37,209 nucleotides of DNA from a virus (taxonomy: Duplodnaviria; Caudoviricetes), in the IMG/VR virus record IMGVR_UViG_3300015201_000005, positions 1-37,209 of that record; one strand, given 5' to 3'. The notes under the pieces are model-generated. The model searched no databases, was not told the DNA's origin, and saw only the letters and a program-made list of their open reading frames with translations. A program made the translations under genes and the position numbers. Numbering within the stretch: position 1 is the stretch's first letter; each line of letters begins with the position of its first letter. This document shows, in pieces, positions 19,911 to 28,741 of this stretch.

Positions 19911-20923
19911 GTATTCTAACCAATACTCCACTAAAAAGTATACCTTTTGCAACTAACTTTACAATTGCTGCTAGTGGTGTATGGGGATTTGGTAGCTATG
20001 TTGAAATATTCTCAACTACGCCTAATCCTATTGCAATTGCGGGATTTCAAATTAGTGGAGGTACTTATTCTAATCTTAATTGGGAACTTGAAATATCTAC
20101 AGGAGCAGTAAGTTCAGAAGTTGTTGTTGGTACTATACGACTTTACTTAGTCAATTCAGGTAATTCAGTTGGGGCTCCAGTAGGTATATTATTACCAGTT
20201 CCCCTAGGTATTCCGACAGGTGTTAGAGTTTCAATTCGGGTTAGAAGTAATAATGCAAATGGACCAGGTTTCATTTCATTTAATTACTATGAAAACTTAT
20301 CAAGTGATCAGGTTTCTACAACTGAGATATTAAAGAGTGTTCCTGTAGGATCAGCAACGGTTCTTCAGGTTACACCAAATACAACTCCTTGGGCCAATTC
20401 AGCATGGTTACAATTAATAGCTAGTACTCCACAGAATATCAAAATACTAGGAATATCTCCTTATGCAGATAACGTACCAGGAACTTCATTAGGAATAGAA
20501 TATGATATTGGTACTGGGGGATCTGGATCTGAAACTGTTCTAACAACCTTAAGGCACACTCAAGTTTCTTCTAGATTTACAGCATTATGGCTACCTGCTC
20601 CCTTACCAGTTGCGGCAGGAAATCGAGTAGCTATAAGATTACGTAAGGCAGGAACTAATGCTAATCTACATACTATTAGCTTAATATATTATGAAGATTC
20701 GGCAACCCCTACTTTTGGAAGAATCTCACAGTTACCAGTCGAAGTAGCTGTATTAGATGATTCTGCAAATTTTCTTAGAATATCCCAGTTACCCGTTGAA
20801 GTAGCTCTATTACACGATATTCCAGTCCAACTACGATTATCACAATTAGCAGTTGAAGTGATGGTAGATCCATTAGGAATTCCGCCGTCAACTGAACAGA
20901 TTCAACTCTTCATAGTATCATGA
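19907..20923 (+). CDS. Paralogous tail-associated protein: two ~135-aa repeats plus three RISQLPVEV-type repeats
   Basis: Same repeat as the upstream gene; C-terminal RISQLPVEVAVL / RISQLPVEVALL / RLSQLAVEVMV. Confidence 0.68.
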   Translation: MSILTNTPLKSIPFATNFTIAASGVWGFGSYVEIFSTTPNPIAIAGFQISGGTYSNLNWELEISTGAVSSEVVVGTIRLYLVNSGNSVGAPVGILLPVPLGIPTGVRVSIRVRSNNANGPGFISFNYYENLSSDQVSTTEILKSVPVGSATVLQVTPNTTPWANSAWLQLIASTPQNIKILGISPYADNVPGTSLGIEYDIGTGGSGSETVLTTLRHTQVSSRFTALWLPAPLPVAAGNRVAIRLRKAGTNANLHTISLIYYEDSATPTFGRISQLPVEVAVLDDSANFLRISQLPVEVALLHDIPVQLRLSQLAVEVMVDPLGIPPSTEQIQLFIVS

Positions 20924-21288
20924 TTAGATCAATTACCCCCGCTGATATGGATGAGGTGAAACGCCTCCACGCGCTCGTCAATGATGGCTCTACGATACCT
21001 GATTTCCTCGATATGTTGTGTGCATATGTAGTCGAGGATGAGAAGGGTATCATCACAATCGCTGGCTTAGAGGACATATGTGAATGTGTCGCAGTCACCG
21101 ATCTGTCGAGGAGTGTATTAGATAGAGCATACGCGCTCAAGCTCGTACTGAACGCGTCAAAAGATATCAGTCAGCGGTTTGGGTACGACCAGATTTACAC
21201 CTTTAGCCGATCGCCTAAATGGGCTAAAAGGTTGAAAAGGACCGGATTTAGGCCATCCTACGGTGAAGCTCTAGTCTTGGATTTGTAG
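20920..21288 (+). CDS. GNAT-fold protein (T7 gp13-like position before the ejection genes)
   Basis: MIRSITPADMDEVKRL start, AYVVED, KRLKRTGF end: a GNAT-like pattern. Confidence 0.6.
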   Translation: MIRSITPADMDEVKRLHALVNDGSTIPDFLDMLCAYVVEDEKGIITIAGLEDICECVAVTDLSRSVLDRAYALKLVLNASKDISQRFGYDQIYTFSRSPKWAKRLKRTGFRPSYGEALVLDL

Positions 21289-21300
21289 AGGAATATAGGA

Positions 21301-22305
21301 ATGGCAAAAGACAAGAACAAGGATGCGCCTAAACAGGTAGCTACACAGGGCCAGTCTGGTTCAGACCCGCGGGGGCGTGGACAGAATCAGAACGCCTACC
21401 AACAGCAACGATATGAAGGTCAAATGGACCCTTATATCGAGCAAGCTATGGGAAACTATGGCCGTGCTTCAGGTCAAGCATTTGAAGACTACGGCGGTAT
21501 CATGGGCCAATATCGGGACATGATGGGTCCAGAAGGATACGGGGAATTCGCTGAAACTGGTGGATTTTCTGAGGCTGATAAGGCGAATCTACGTGCGCGT
21601 GGGATCAGTCCCATCAGAGCTGCATACGCCAATGCTGAACGTGAAGTAGAGCGCAATAGGTCGTTGCAAGGTGGCTATTCTCCTAATGCTACTGCCACGT
21701 TGGCTAAGATGGCGCGTGAACAGGGTCAGAGTGCGGCGGATGCTACGACAAATGTCGAGGCCGCATTAGCAGAGATGGTACAGAAGGGTAGATTAGCTGG
21801 ATTAGCTGGTCAAATGGGTGCTATTGGGGGTCAGGCTAACCTATTCGGTACGACTCCTGGAATGGCATCTACCTTCGGTAATCAGGCTCTTAGTGCCATC
21901 AATTCTAGTGGTAATTTCGGTCTTGGTACGACACGTAATGAGATCAGTTCCCAGGAATTACCGGGAGCATTTGATAACACCATTAATAAGATCGATAAGA
22001 TCAGTGGTGCAGTCACTCCATGGATTGACACCATTTCTAAGTTCTTTAATAAGAATCAACCCACTTCCTCTACACCCCCATACAACCCCAATCCTATCTT
22101 TGGGGGCTCTACAGAAGGACTGCCGGGTGTAACTCCACCTCCTAACGTGGCATCGACGCCGGGTATCATGAATTCACGTAATGTGACTGGTGGTGGTGTA
22201 CCAACTGTAAATACTGGCTACTCGGGTGGAGGGGCATTCGGTGGGAATGAAACATTCATACCCCCTCCCACGAATAAGAAAACTAGCATTTTCAGTGGTA
22301 GGTAA
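21301..22305 (+). CDS. Internal virion/ejection (pilot-like) protein
   Basis: Q/A/G-rich helical region and GRLAGLAGQMG; position after the GNAT-like gene. Confidence 0.62.
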   Translation: MAKDKNKDAPKQVATQGQSGSDPRGRGQNQNAYQQQRYEGQMDPYIEQAMGNYGRASGQAFEDYGGIMGQYRDMMGPEGYGEFAETGGFSEADKANLRARGISPIRAAYANAEREVERNRSLQGGYSPNATATLAKMAREQGQSAADATTNVEAALAEMVQKGRLAGLAGQMGAIGGQANLFGTTPGMASTFGNQALSAINSSGNFGLGTTRNEISSQELPGAFDNTINKIDKISGAVTPWIDTISKFFNKNQPTSSTPPYNPNPIFGGSTEGLPGVTPPPNVASTPGIMNSRNVTGGGVPTVNTGYSGGGAFGGNETFIPPPTNKKTSIFSGR

Positions 22306-22310
22306 CGCCA

Positions 22311-23933
22311 ATGCCAATTGACCTATTGGAACTCATTCGGCGTAACCGGATTGATAACGCGGACGGTACACGCGTTGGCAATATAGGTGCGAGTGGTGTG
22401 TCTCAAGATATGTGGATGCCCCAAGAGGGACCATTCGCGGGCACACCACCATTCCAGACGATAGAAGCAGAAATGCCTCCTGGAATGGGACCGATACCAT
22501 CATTACCTACCCAGCAACCATCACTCATTCCACCTCAGGGACCAACTGGTGGGATGCTACAACAGATAGGTAATCAGCCCCCTCCACCACAGGCACCACC
22601 AATGCCAGGAATGGAGGAATTACCTCAGACTCCATTCAATCAAATGGGTGGACCTCAGGTTGACCCTAACAGTGCTATTGAACAGTTACGTAAATTCCAG
22701 GCTGAAACACGCGCCAACGATCGGTTGAATCAACTACTCGAACATACTCCAACACGCGAAGATCCATCCATCGCACGTAAGATGTTGGCTAGTGCTAGAG
22801 GTCTTGTTGGCGGTCCTAGGGCTGCCGAAGAAATCATGTATCAGCCGTACGAACGTGCAATGGCTGATTGGAAGGAAAAGACTGGTCCGTATAGTGCGGC
22901 AGCTACAGCAGAACGTGGAGCTAACGCCAACGAACGTCAGGTATTAGCTACTCTTGCCAACGCTGAACGTGACCGGTTGAGAATTGAAGAAACTGAACGC
23001 CATAACAAGGAACTAGAGGCGTCCAGAAAAGTTAGAGATGATGCATATCTCTTCAAGGCGAAGCATCCCGCATGGCCTATGCACGCTAGGGGTCCAACGC
23101 TAATTACGTTCAATATGGAGAAACAGGAGTGGGAAGATACTGGCATTAAGACTGGTGCTCTGAGTGAAGCCGACAAGATCAATCTGGAATCTAAGACTGA
23201 TATTGCGGAGAATCACGCCAAAGCAGTAGATCAGCGTCAAACTAATGCTGAACGTCCACAGAGGGAATCTGCTGGAGATAGGGAAAAGAATGAAACGGCA
23301 TGGAGAAAGAGGCTGTTTGAGACTGATCCTGATGCGCGTGAATTCCTCACCCAGAACTCAGACGGTACATTCACTCTAAAGGAATTCAAGCAAAGTCGTG
23401 TCTTTACGAGTGGTGATGCAGAACGTAAGGCACGATACGATGCATTTATGCAGCGTCTATACAGGGGTCAGGTTAGTGGTGGGGGCGGATCTGGTGCTAG
23501 TTCTGGTGGTGGTTCTGCTCCCGCTAATAAGACTACACCTCCCGCTGGACCTGCTGGTTCTTCAAGTCCTGCTTCTACTACTGTTTCTCCAGCAGTTAAG
23601 GCAGAGGACAGATCAGTAGCTGCACGTATCATGTCTCCAAAATCTGAACCTGCAATGCCTAATGTTTACAATACTAAGAATGAATCTACTAATCCAATGT
23701 ACAAAACACAAACTGTCAAGAAACCCTCCAACGAATCATCAGGTAAGGGTAGTATTCCTAGTATTCTTAAAGGAATTAAAGATTCAGAATACATCCAAGG
23801 ACCAAAAGTCATTACACAGGTGGATAATAATGGTGTAATGCGCAGATCCCTGGATGGAGGGAAAACTTGGCTATTTAGTACTGATGGAAAAACCTGGACT
23901 CGTACTGACCCCGGTGCTAAAGGGGGTAAATAA
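22311..23933 (+). CDS. Internal virion/ejection protein
   Basis: Pro/Met/Gln-rich N-terminus, charged helical core, G/S linker, C-terminal SLDGGKTW/STDGKTW Asp-box-like pair. Confidence 0.6.
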   Translation: MPIDLLELIRRNRIDNADGTRVGNIGASGVSQDMWMPQEGPFAGTPPFQTIEAEMPPGMGPIPSLPTQQPSLIPPQGPTGGMLQQIGNQPPPPQAPPMPGMEELPQTPFNQMGGPQVDPNSAIEQLRKFQAETRANDRLNQLLEHTPTREDPSIARKMLASARGLVGGPRAAEEIMYQPYERAMADWKEKTGPYSAAATAERGANANERQVLATLANAERDRLRIEETERHNKELEASRKVRDDAYLFKAKHPAWPMHARGPTLITFNMEKQEWEDTGIKTGALSEADKINLESKTDIAENHAKAVDQRQTNAERPQRESAGDREKNETAWRKRLFETDPDAREFLTQNSDGTFTLKEFKQSRVFTSGDAERKARYDAFMQRLYRGQVSGGGGSGASSGGGSAPANKTTPPAGPAGSSSPASTTVSPAVKAEDRSVAARIMSPKSEPAMPNVYNTKNESTNPMYKTQTVKKPSNESSGKGSIPSILKGIKDSEYIQGPKVITQVDNNGVMRRSLDGGKTWLFSTDGKTWTRTDPGAKGGK

Positions 23934-26900
23934 TGGCTGATCGTGGATGGAAAGATATAGAACCAGATCAGACTGAGGGAGGCAGATGGAAACCCTACGA
24001 GCCTCCTACACCCCCAAAACGTGTGGGCAGGGGAACGCCACATGAACAGGGTTGGCTTGAATGGCTTGCATCTCAGGGTATACGCACCATTCCAGCAGTA
24101 GGTGGTGCAATTCTAGGTAGTGGAGCGGGTCCAGCAGGTACGGTAGCTGGTGGTGCGGGAGGTGCTGCATTAGGTAATGTCGCGGGTCAAGCATTCGATA
24201 TGTGGATGGACCCAGAACGAGAATTTAATTTAGCTGAATTAGGTGTAGAAACAGCAGTAAATGCAATTCCCGTTCTTGGCAAGGCTCCGGGTGCTGGTGC
24301 TACTGCTAAAGAATTGATGAAATATGCGGCTAAAATACCGGGTAGAAGCGCACTTGAAGGTGCTGCACTTAATGCTGCATCGACACCATTCCAACATTGG
24401 GCACAGACTGGTGATTTCGATGCCAGTATGCAGGAGTATCTGCTTAATACAGGACTTGGTGCGGGCTTAGGTTACGGTACAGGGCATGTCATGGGCAGGC
24501 GTCCCATGGAAGCTAGGGCGCGTGGTCTAGAAGCTATTGGAGGTCAGCCCCCTCCAGGCGCAGCAGGTATGCCGGGTGGACCTCCAGTTAACCCATTCAC
24601 TAACCGATTTAAGAACCGTATTCAGAGTCCATCAGAGGGTCAACAGCGAGCTAATACTAGACCTGTAACGGATGAACTTGGCAATGTGGTAAGGGATGAA
24701 CGGGGCAATGTTGTCACTGAACCGTTTGATTTTAACTTTGAAGGACAGGGAGAACTATTCGATCCATTTGAGCCACCACGTAGGGGACCGGCATACAATG
24801 AACCTCCACCCCCCGAACCTGAAATATTACGTGGACAACCCGGATTAGGATTCGATGAACCTCCTGATGTGGTGTATCCTCCCGGTAAGTTTGAGAGGAT
24901 GCCGAAATTCATTACCATCAATGATACCAGTCCATTAGGTGTAGGTAATCAGCGTCGTAGGGGCTACGTTCCATACGAGATATTACCTGATGGACGTATG
25001 AAAATGATCCGAAAGGATCTAGCTACTGAGACTCCATCGAAGCCAGCCGACGCGCCTGAAATCGATACTTCAGTCATTGATAAGGAAACAGGAGAGGATC
25101 TATCAGCCGATCCTATACTGGACGAAGAACCACCACTAGAAGAACCTATCGGACCTGAAACTAAGCTACAAGGTGGGGACGATCTACCTGAATCCATCGA
25201 AATCAAGGATCCATTTGATCCCAAGAAGGGCTTCTATACTAGTCGTGGATTTAAGTATGCTGGTCGTTCTCCGGGTGGATACGAGTTGTGGACACGCGGT
25301 GGGAAGCCACTCACTCTGGCATCCACACCACCCACTAGATCAGATACTCCACTCGCTAGACCTGAAGTAGCTGGACCTATACCAGCAGGTCACGTAGGAG
25401 TAGAGGAAGGGAAAGATCTAGTCATACGTGCAGGGGTGAATCCAACCCAAGAGGCGCGCACTGAACTAGCTAAAGCGGGCTATGTCTTCAAGGAAATGCT
25501 GGCGGACGGAAGACAGGTATGGCAGCGATTCAAGAAGGAGTCGGATGGCTCAATGAGCCATACTGACATTCTTAGAGGCCTAATTAAAGTAGCTCAAAAG
25601 TATCGTAGAATCTGGAAGGGACTTCCAACTCCTGATGATGTTGAAAGGGCAGTTGCTCAAATTAAGCCTGGATCAGAAGGTTCCGACCACTATTTATTAC
25701 CTAGTGGTGAAGTAGTTTCAACTGATGCAACTGCCACTAAAGGACAGCCCACTACTAGCTTTACAACGAGGGAAGGGGAGGTCATTGAAATACCTCTAAT
25801 CAGGGCTGCTGTATTAGACAAGTATGGAGAGCCCGTCAGGAATGTAACTGGTCTGACCCCATCAGAAGGCGCAATAGGTGAGGGCAGTAGAGGTCGCTTC
25901 CTCAACTTCAAAACTCGCGCCACGATAGACGCCGCCAAAGCCGACGATATTGCCAGAAGGGCAGCTATCGAAAACGAGAGTTATTCCCTTAGTCCAGATA
26001 TTATCGACAAATACTTCTCCCCTGAGACACTTCGTAGGGCTGTCGCCCACGAAAATGGAGAGGGCTACGTATCAATCAAAAGGAATAAAGACGGGACGTT
26101 TACACTTACTGAGCTTGGGGATGATGCAGTCACACAGGTGCTTTCCCCCGAGGAAACATTTCGTTTCATAGGTTCCGGCTTTGGCGATGAGGCATCGTTC
26201 ACCAGAATTATTCAGAGGACGGGCAGTTATAATCCGCCTCAACTTGCGTCCACTCCCGGTGAATCATTAGGGGACCATCCGAATTGGGTTGATCCTGATG
26301 AATTCCACGCACCCGGAGGAGAGCTAGAAAGGTTACTTCGTATAGTTAATTCTGGAGCTGATATATCACCTGATCCACCAGCTATTCCTCGATCACCTGA
26401 ATCAGTACTGGAGCAGCCTGGACTACCGATGCCTATGGAGGCACGTAATCCAGTACAAGCAGATCCATTCGTTGAATCGGTTCCTACTGAGGGTGGTGGA
26501 GACGTATCACCTCTTAGACAGCAGTCTCTATTCAGTAAGTTCTTCTCAGAAGATCAGGGAGCTATTGACTTAGAAGATTACTTCGGATGGCCTAAGAAAC
26601 TAGGACAGAATATCAAGAGTGGTTGGCAATCTGGAAGTGATTGGCAACCTGATAATGCAGGCGGTGGTAGTGGGCATGTTCCTCCTGGTAGTGGTGGCAA
26701 TGGCGGAGTACCTCCTGGTGGCGGCGGGGGTGGTGATGTTCCTCCACAGAATTTCAGGGAAAGATGGGGATGGGGACAAGGAAATGAACCTCGTACACCT
26801 ACACCAGAAGAATTAGCTCGAAAGGAAGCAGGAGAAAAGGAACCTCCCGGCATTCTGGGAGAGATACTGAGTGTTCCAACTAACGCCACTACAACAGGTG

Positions 26901-28282
26901 ACTTATCAGCCCCCGGTAGACAGGGTTTATCACAGATTTTCACCCCTGAATTCTGGAGTGCTGGAAAGGCTCAGATCAAGGCTCTATTCTCACAAGAAGC
27001 GTATGAGAAACTAACGGCTGAAATCAAATCGAAGGATATGTTCCGCCGCGCATGGAACCCAGCGACTGGTAAGTTTGAAGCATCGCTTGCGGATAAGATT
27101 GGCTTCAAATTGATGAGTACGGCTACTGAGGTGGGTCAGAGGGAGGAAGCTACCGCCTCTAGATGGCTTGAAACTGGCGGAATCATGGGTCCAGAGACTA
27201 TCTTTGGAATGAAGAACTACGCACGATCAGCCTACAATGCACTCCCTGGACGTGTAGTGAGGGCGACCAACCGCGCATACGTACTATTCCTGAATCACCT
27301 GAGAGCTAACCGACTAGAGAAGCTAATGAACCTATCGAGGGACATGGCAATCACTGGACTGGATACAGGGTTCGCAAGACCTGGATTCTTTAAGAAAGCA
27401 GTCAGTCAGGAAGAGGCATTAAATCTGAATCCCTACCATAATCTGAACCTCGCTAAGGAGATGGTAGACTTCATCAATACGGCCACTGGACGAGGCCCAC
27501 TTAAGACCAATTGGGCACCTCATAGAGATGCTGAAATCTCACTAGAGAAGTCGGCTGGACTACTTGGGAAACTACTCTTTTCACCACGTCTATTAGCCTC
27601 TAGGATCAGGATGCTCAATCCATCCACCTATATCATGGCTAGTCCACAGGTGAGAAAACAGTATCTTCATGCTGCCTTTTCTACAGCTGCTGCATGGGGT
27701 ATGTTCTCTCAGTTGATCAAATTAGGTGGTGGAGAGGACGCGGAAATCAGCTACGATCCCACTAGTGCTGACTTCGGTAAGGTGAGAATCGGTGATACGC
27801 GCTTAGATCCAGGTGGCGGATTCCTTCAGTTCATCACAGCAATTTCACGTCTGTACGAGGGCGGAACCACCTCATCAGCTAGTCAGAAATACAGTCGATA
27901 CGGCTCGGGCTATCAGGCAGAGACAAGTAAGGACGCTATTGAACGCTTCTTCGTGAATAAGTTGAATCCGACTACGAAGTTCGCGTATGATATAGCGAAT
28001 GCTACCGAATACAACCCAGTCCATATGGGTGACCGGACTATGCAGATGTTCGTTCCCCTGATCGCGCAAGATATGTACGGATTAGCGCAGGAGAACCCTG
28101 AACTACTGCCACTGTTGGGTATACCTATCACCGTGGGCATGGGTACTCAGACCTACGGTAAGGGCGAGTCGATCTCCAAGTTCATTAGCCCGGAGAATGA
28201 TTGGCTCCAGACGGGTGGTGGATTGAGAGAATTAACAGGGGATGTGTTGCCGAGTCTTCGTGGGGAGCAAGAGGGATACTAA
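23933..28282 (+). CDS. Large internal virion/ejection protein (polyvalent-type)
   Basis: 1449 aa; N-terminal glycine zipper, disordered modular middle, helical C-terminal region with DPTSADFGKVRIGDTRLD; last gene of the virion operon. Confidence 0.7.
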   Translation: MADRGWKDIEPDQTEGGRWKPYEPPTPPKRVGRGTPHEQGWLEWLASQGIRTIPAVGGAILGSGAGPAGTVAGGAGGAALGNVAGQAFDMWMDPEREFNLAELGVETAVNAIPVLGKAPGAGATAKELMKYAAKIPGRSALEGAALNAASTPFQHWAQTGDFDASMQEYLLNTGLGAGLGYGTGHVMGRRPMEARARGLEAIGGQPPPGAAGMPGGPPVNPFTNRFKNRIQSPSEGQQRANTRPVTDELGNVVRDERGNVVTEPFDFNFEGQGELFDPFEPPRRGPAYNEPPPPEPEILRGQPGLGFDEPPDVVYPPGKFERMPKFITINDTSPLGVGNQRRRGYVPYEILPDGRMKMIRKDLATETPSKPADAPEIDTSVIDKETGEDLSADPILDEEPPLEEPIGPETKLQGGDDLPESIEIKDPFDPKKGFYTSRGFKYAGRSPGGYELWTRGGKPLTLASTPPTRSDTPLARPEVAGPIPAGHVGVEEGKDLVIRAGVNPTQEARTELAKAGYVFKEMLADGRQVWQRFKKESDGSMSHTDILRGLIKVAQKYRRIWKGLPTPDDVERAVAQIKPGSEGSDHYLLPSGEVVSTDATATKGQPTTSFTTREGEVIEIPLIRAAVLDKYGEPVRNVTGLTPSEGAIGEGSRGRFLNFKTRATIDAAKADDIARRAAIENESYSLSPDIIDKYFSPETLRRAVAHENGEGYVSIKRNKDGTFTLTELGDDAVTQVLSPEETFRFIGSGFGDEASFTRIIQRTGSYNPPQLASTPGESLGDHPNWVDPDEFHAPGGELERLLRIVNSGADISPDPPAIPRSPESVLEQPGLPMPMEARNPVQADPFVESVPTEGGGDVSPLRQQSLFSKFFSEDQGAIDLEDYFGWPKKLGQNIKSGWQSGSDWQPDNAGGGSGHVPPGSGGNGGVPPGGGGGGDVPPQNFRERWGWGQGNEPRTPTPEELARKEAGEKEPPGILGEILSVPTNATTTGDLSAPGRQGLSQIFTPEFWSAGKAQIKALFSQEAYEKLTAEIKSKDMFRRAWNPATGKFEASLADKIGFKLMSTATEVGQREEATASRWLETGGIMGPETIFGMKNYARSAYNALPGRVVRATNRAYVLFLNHLRANRLEKLMNLSRDMAITGLDTGFARPGFFKKAVSQEEALNLNPYHNLNLAKEMVDFINTATGRGPLKTNWAPHRDAEISLEKSAGLLGKLLFSPRLLASRIRMLNPSTYIMASPQVRKQYLHAAFSTAAAWGMFSQLIKLGGGEDAEISYDPTSADFGKVRIGDTRLDPGGGFLQFITAISRLYEGGTTSSASQKYSRYGSGYQAETSKDAIERFFVNKLNPTTKFAYDIANATEYNPVHMGDRTMQMFVPLIAQDMYGLAQENPELLPLLGIPITVGMGTQTYGKGESISKFISPENDWLQTGGGLRELTGDVLPSLRGEQEGY

Positions 28283-28309
28283 AAATGGGAGGGGTGATGA
28301 GCCCCTCCT
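28281..28309 (-). terminator. Terminator hairpin at the convergence of the two operons
   Basis: GGAGGGG-N7-CCCCTCC; on the - strand followed by CATTTTT. Confidence 0.72.
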
Positions 28310-28313
28310 AAAT

Positions 28314-28544
28314 CTATGCTTTGTATCCTATGGGTCGATCCGTCACTTTGCCTAGTTTGTGGCGGCAGTATGCACAGGTCAGGCACCTACCAAAAACGGT
28401 GCTAGAACAAATATGACAAATCCAATTAGCACATTTGAGGTAGTCACGTACTCGATCATCATTGGCATGAGTCTGTACTACATATGGCTCATCTTTTGGG
28501 ACAAGCTCAGGCTCCTCATACGCCGGTATCGGAATAAGAGGCAC
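28314..28544 (-). CDS. Small zinc-ribbon protein
   Basis: AGGAAAGGG SD-like sequence; CHIC...CLTCAYC. Confidence 0.68.
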   Translation of the reverse strand: MPLIPIPAYEEPELVPKDEPYVVQTHANDDRVRDYLKCANWICHICSSTVFGRCLTCAYCRHKLGKVTDRPIGYKA

Positions 28545-28555
28545 GATACCCTTTC

Positions 28556-28741
28556 CTAGTTATCGAAGGGCAGCCTCAACTGACCTGTTTCCTTCGGTGG
28601 CGTGTGGTTCTCCAGTTTGATCATCAGGTTCATCAGTTCAGCCCGTAGACCCTCCAGAATGTTCTCTAGCAGTCTGATGTGTTCAGCCTGTTCACGTATC
28701 TTGTTATGTGCTTCACTTCCATCGTTCCAACCTTGAGTCAT
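28556..28741 (-). CDS. Small coiled-coil protein ending QLRLPFDN
   Basis: ATGA overlap; heptad leucines. Confidence 0.7.
   Translation of the reverse strand: MTQGWNDGSEAHNKIREQAEHIRLLENILEGLRAELMNLMIKLENHTPPKETGQLRLPFDN

Noticed and set aside
20897-20911. QIQLF clamp-like motif at the end of a tail protein
   Set aside because: It is in an external virion protein context and is more likely a terminal beta-strand.
12901-20923. Diversity-generating retroelement or invertible tail-fibre switch
   Set aside because: No reverse transcriptase or invertase, no near-identical template/variable repeat pair with adenine-specific mismatches, and no inverted repeats seen. The repeats are old protein-level paralogies.
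28359-28559. + strand 66-aa ORF with a hydrophobic stretch (possible holin)
   Set aside because: It lies beyond the convergent hairpin and is antisense to a Cys-motif ORF that fits the - strand operon. Not fully excluded.
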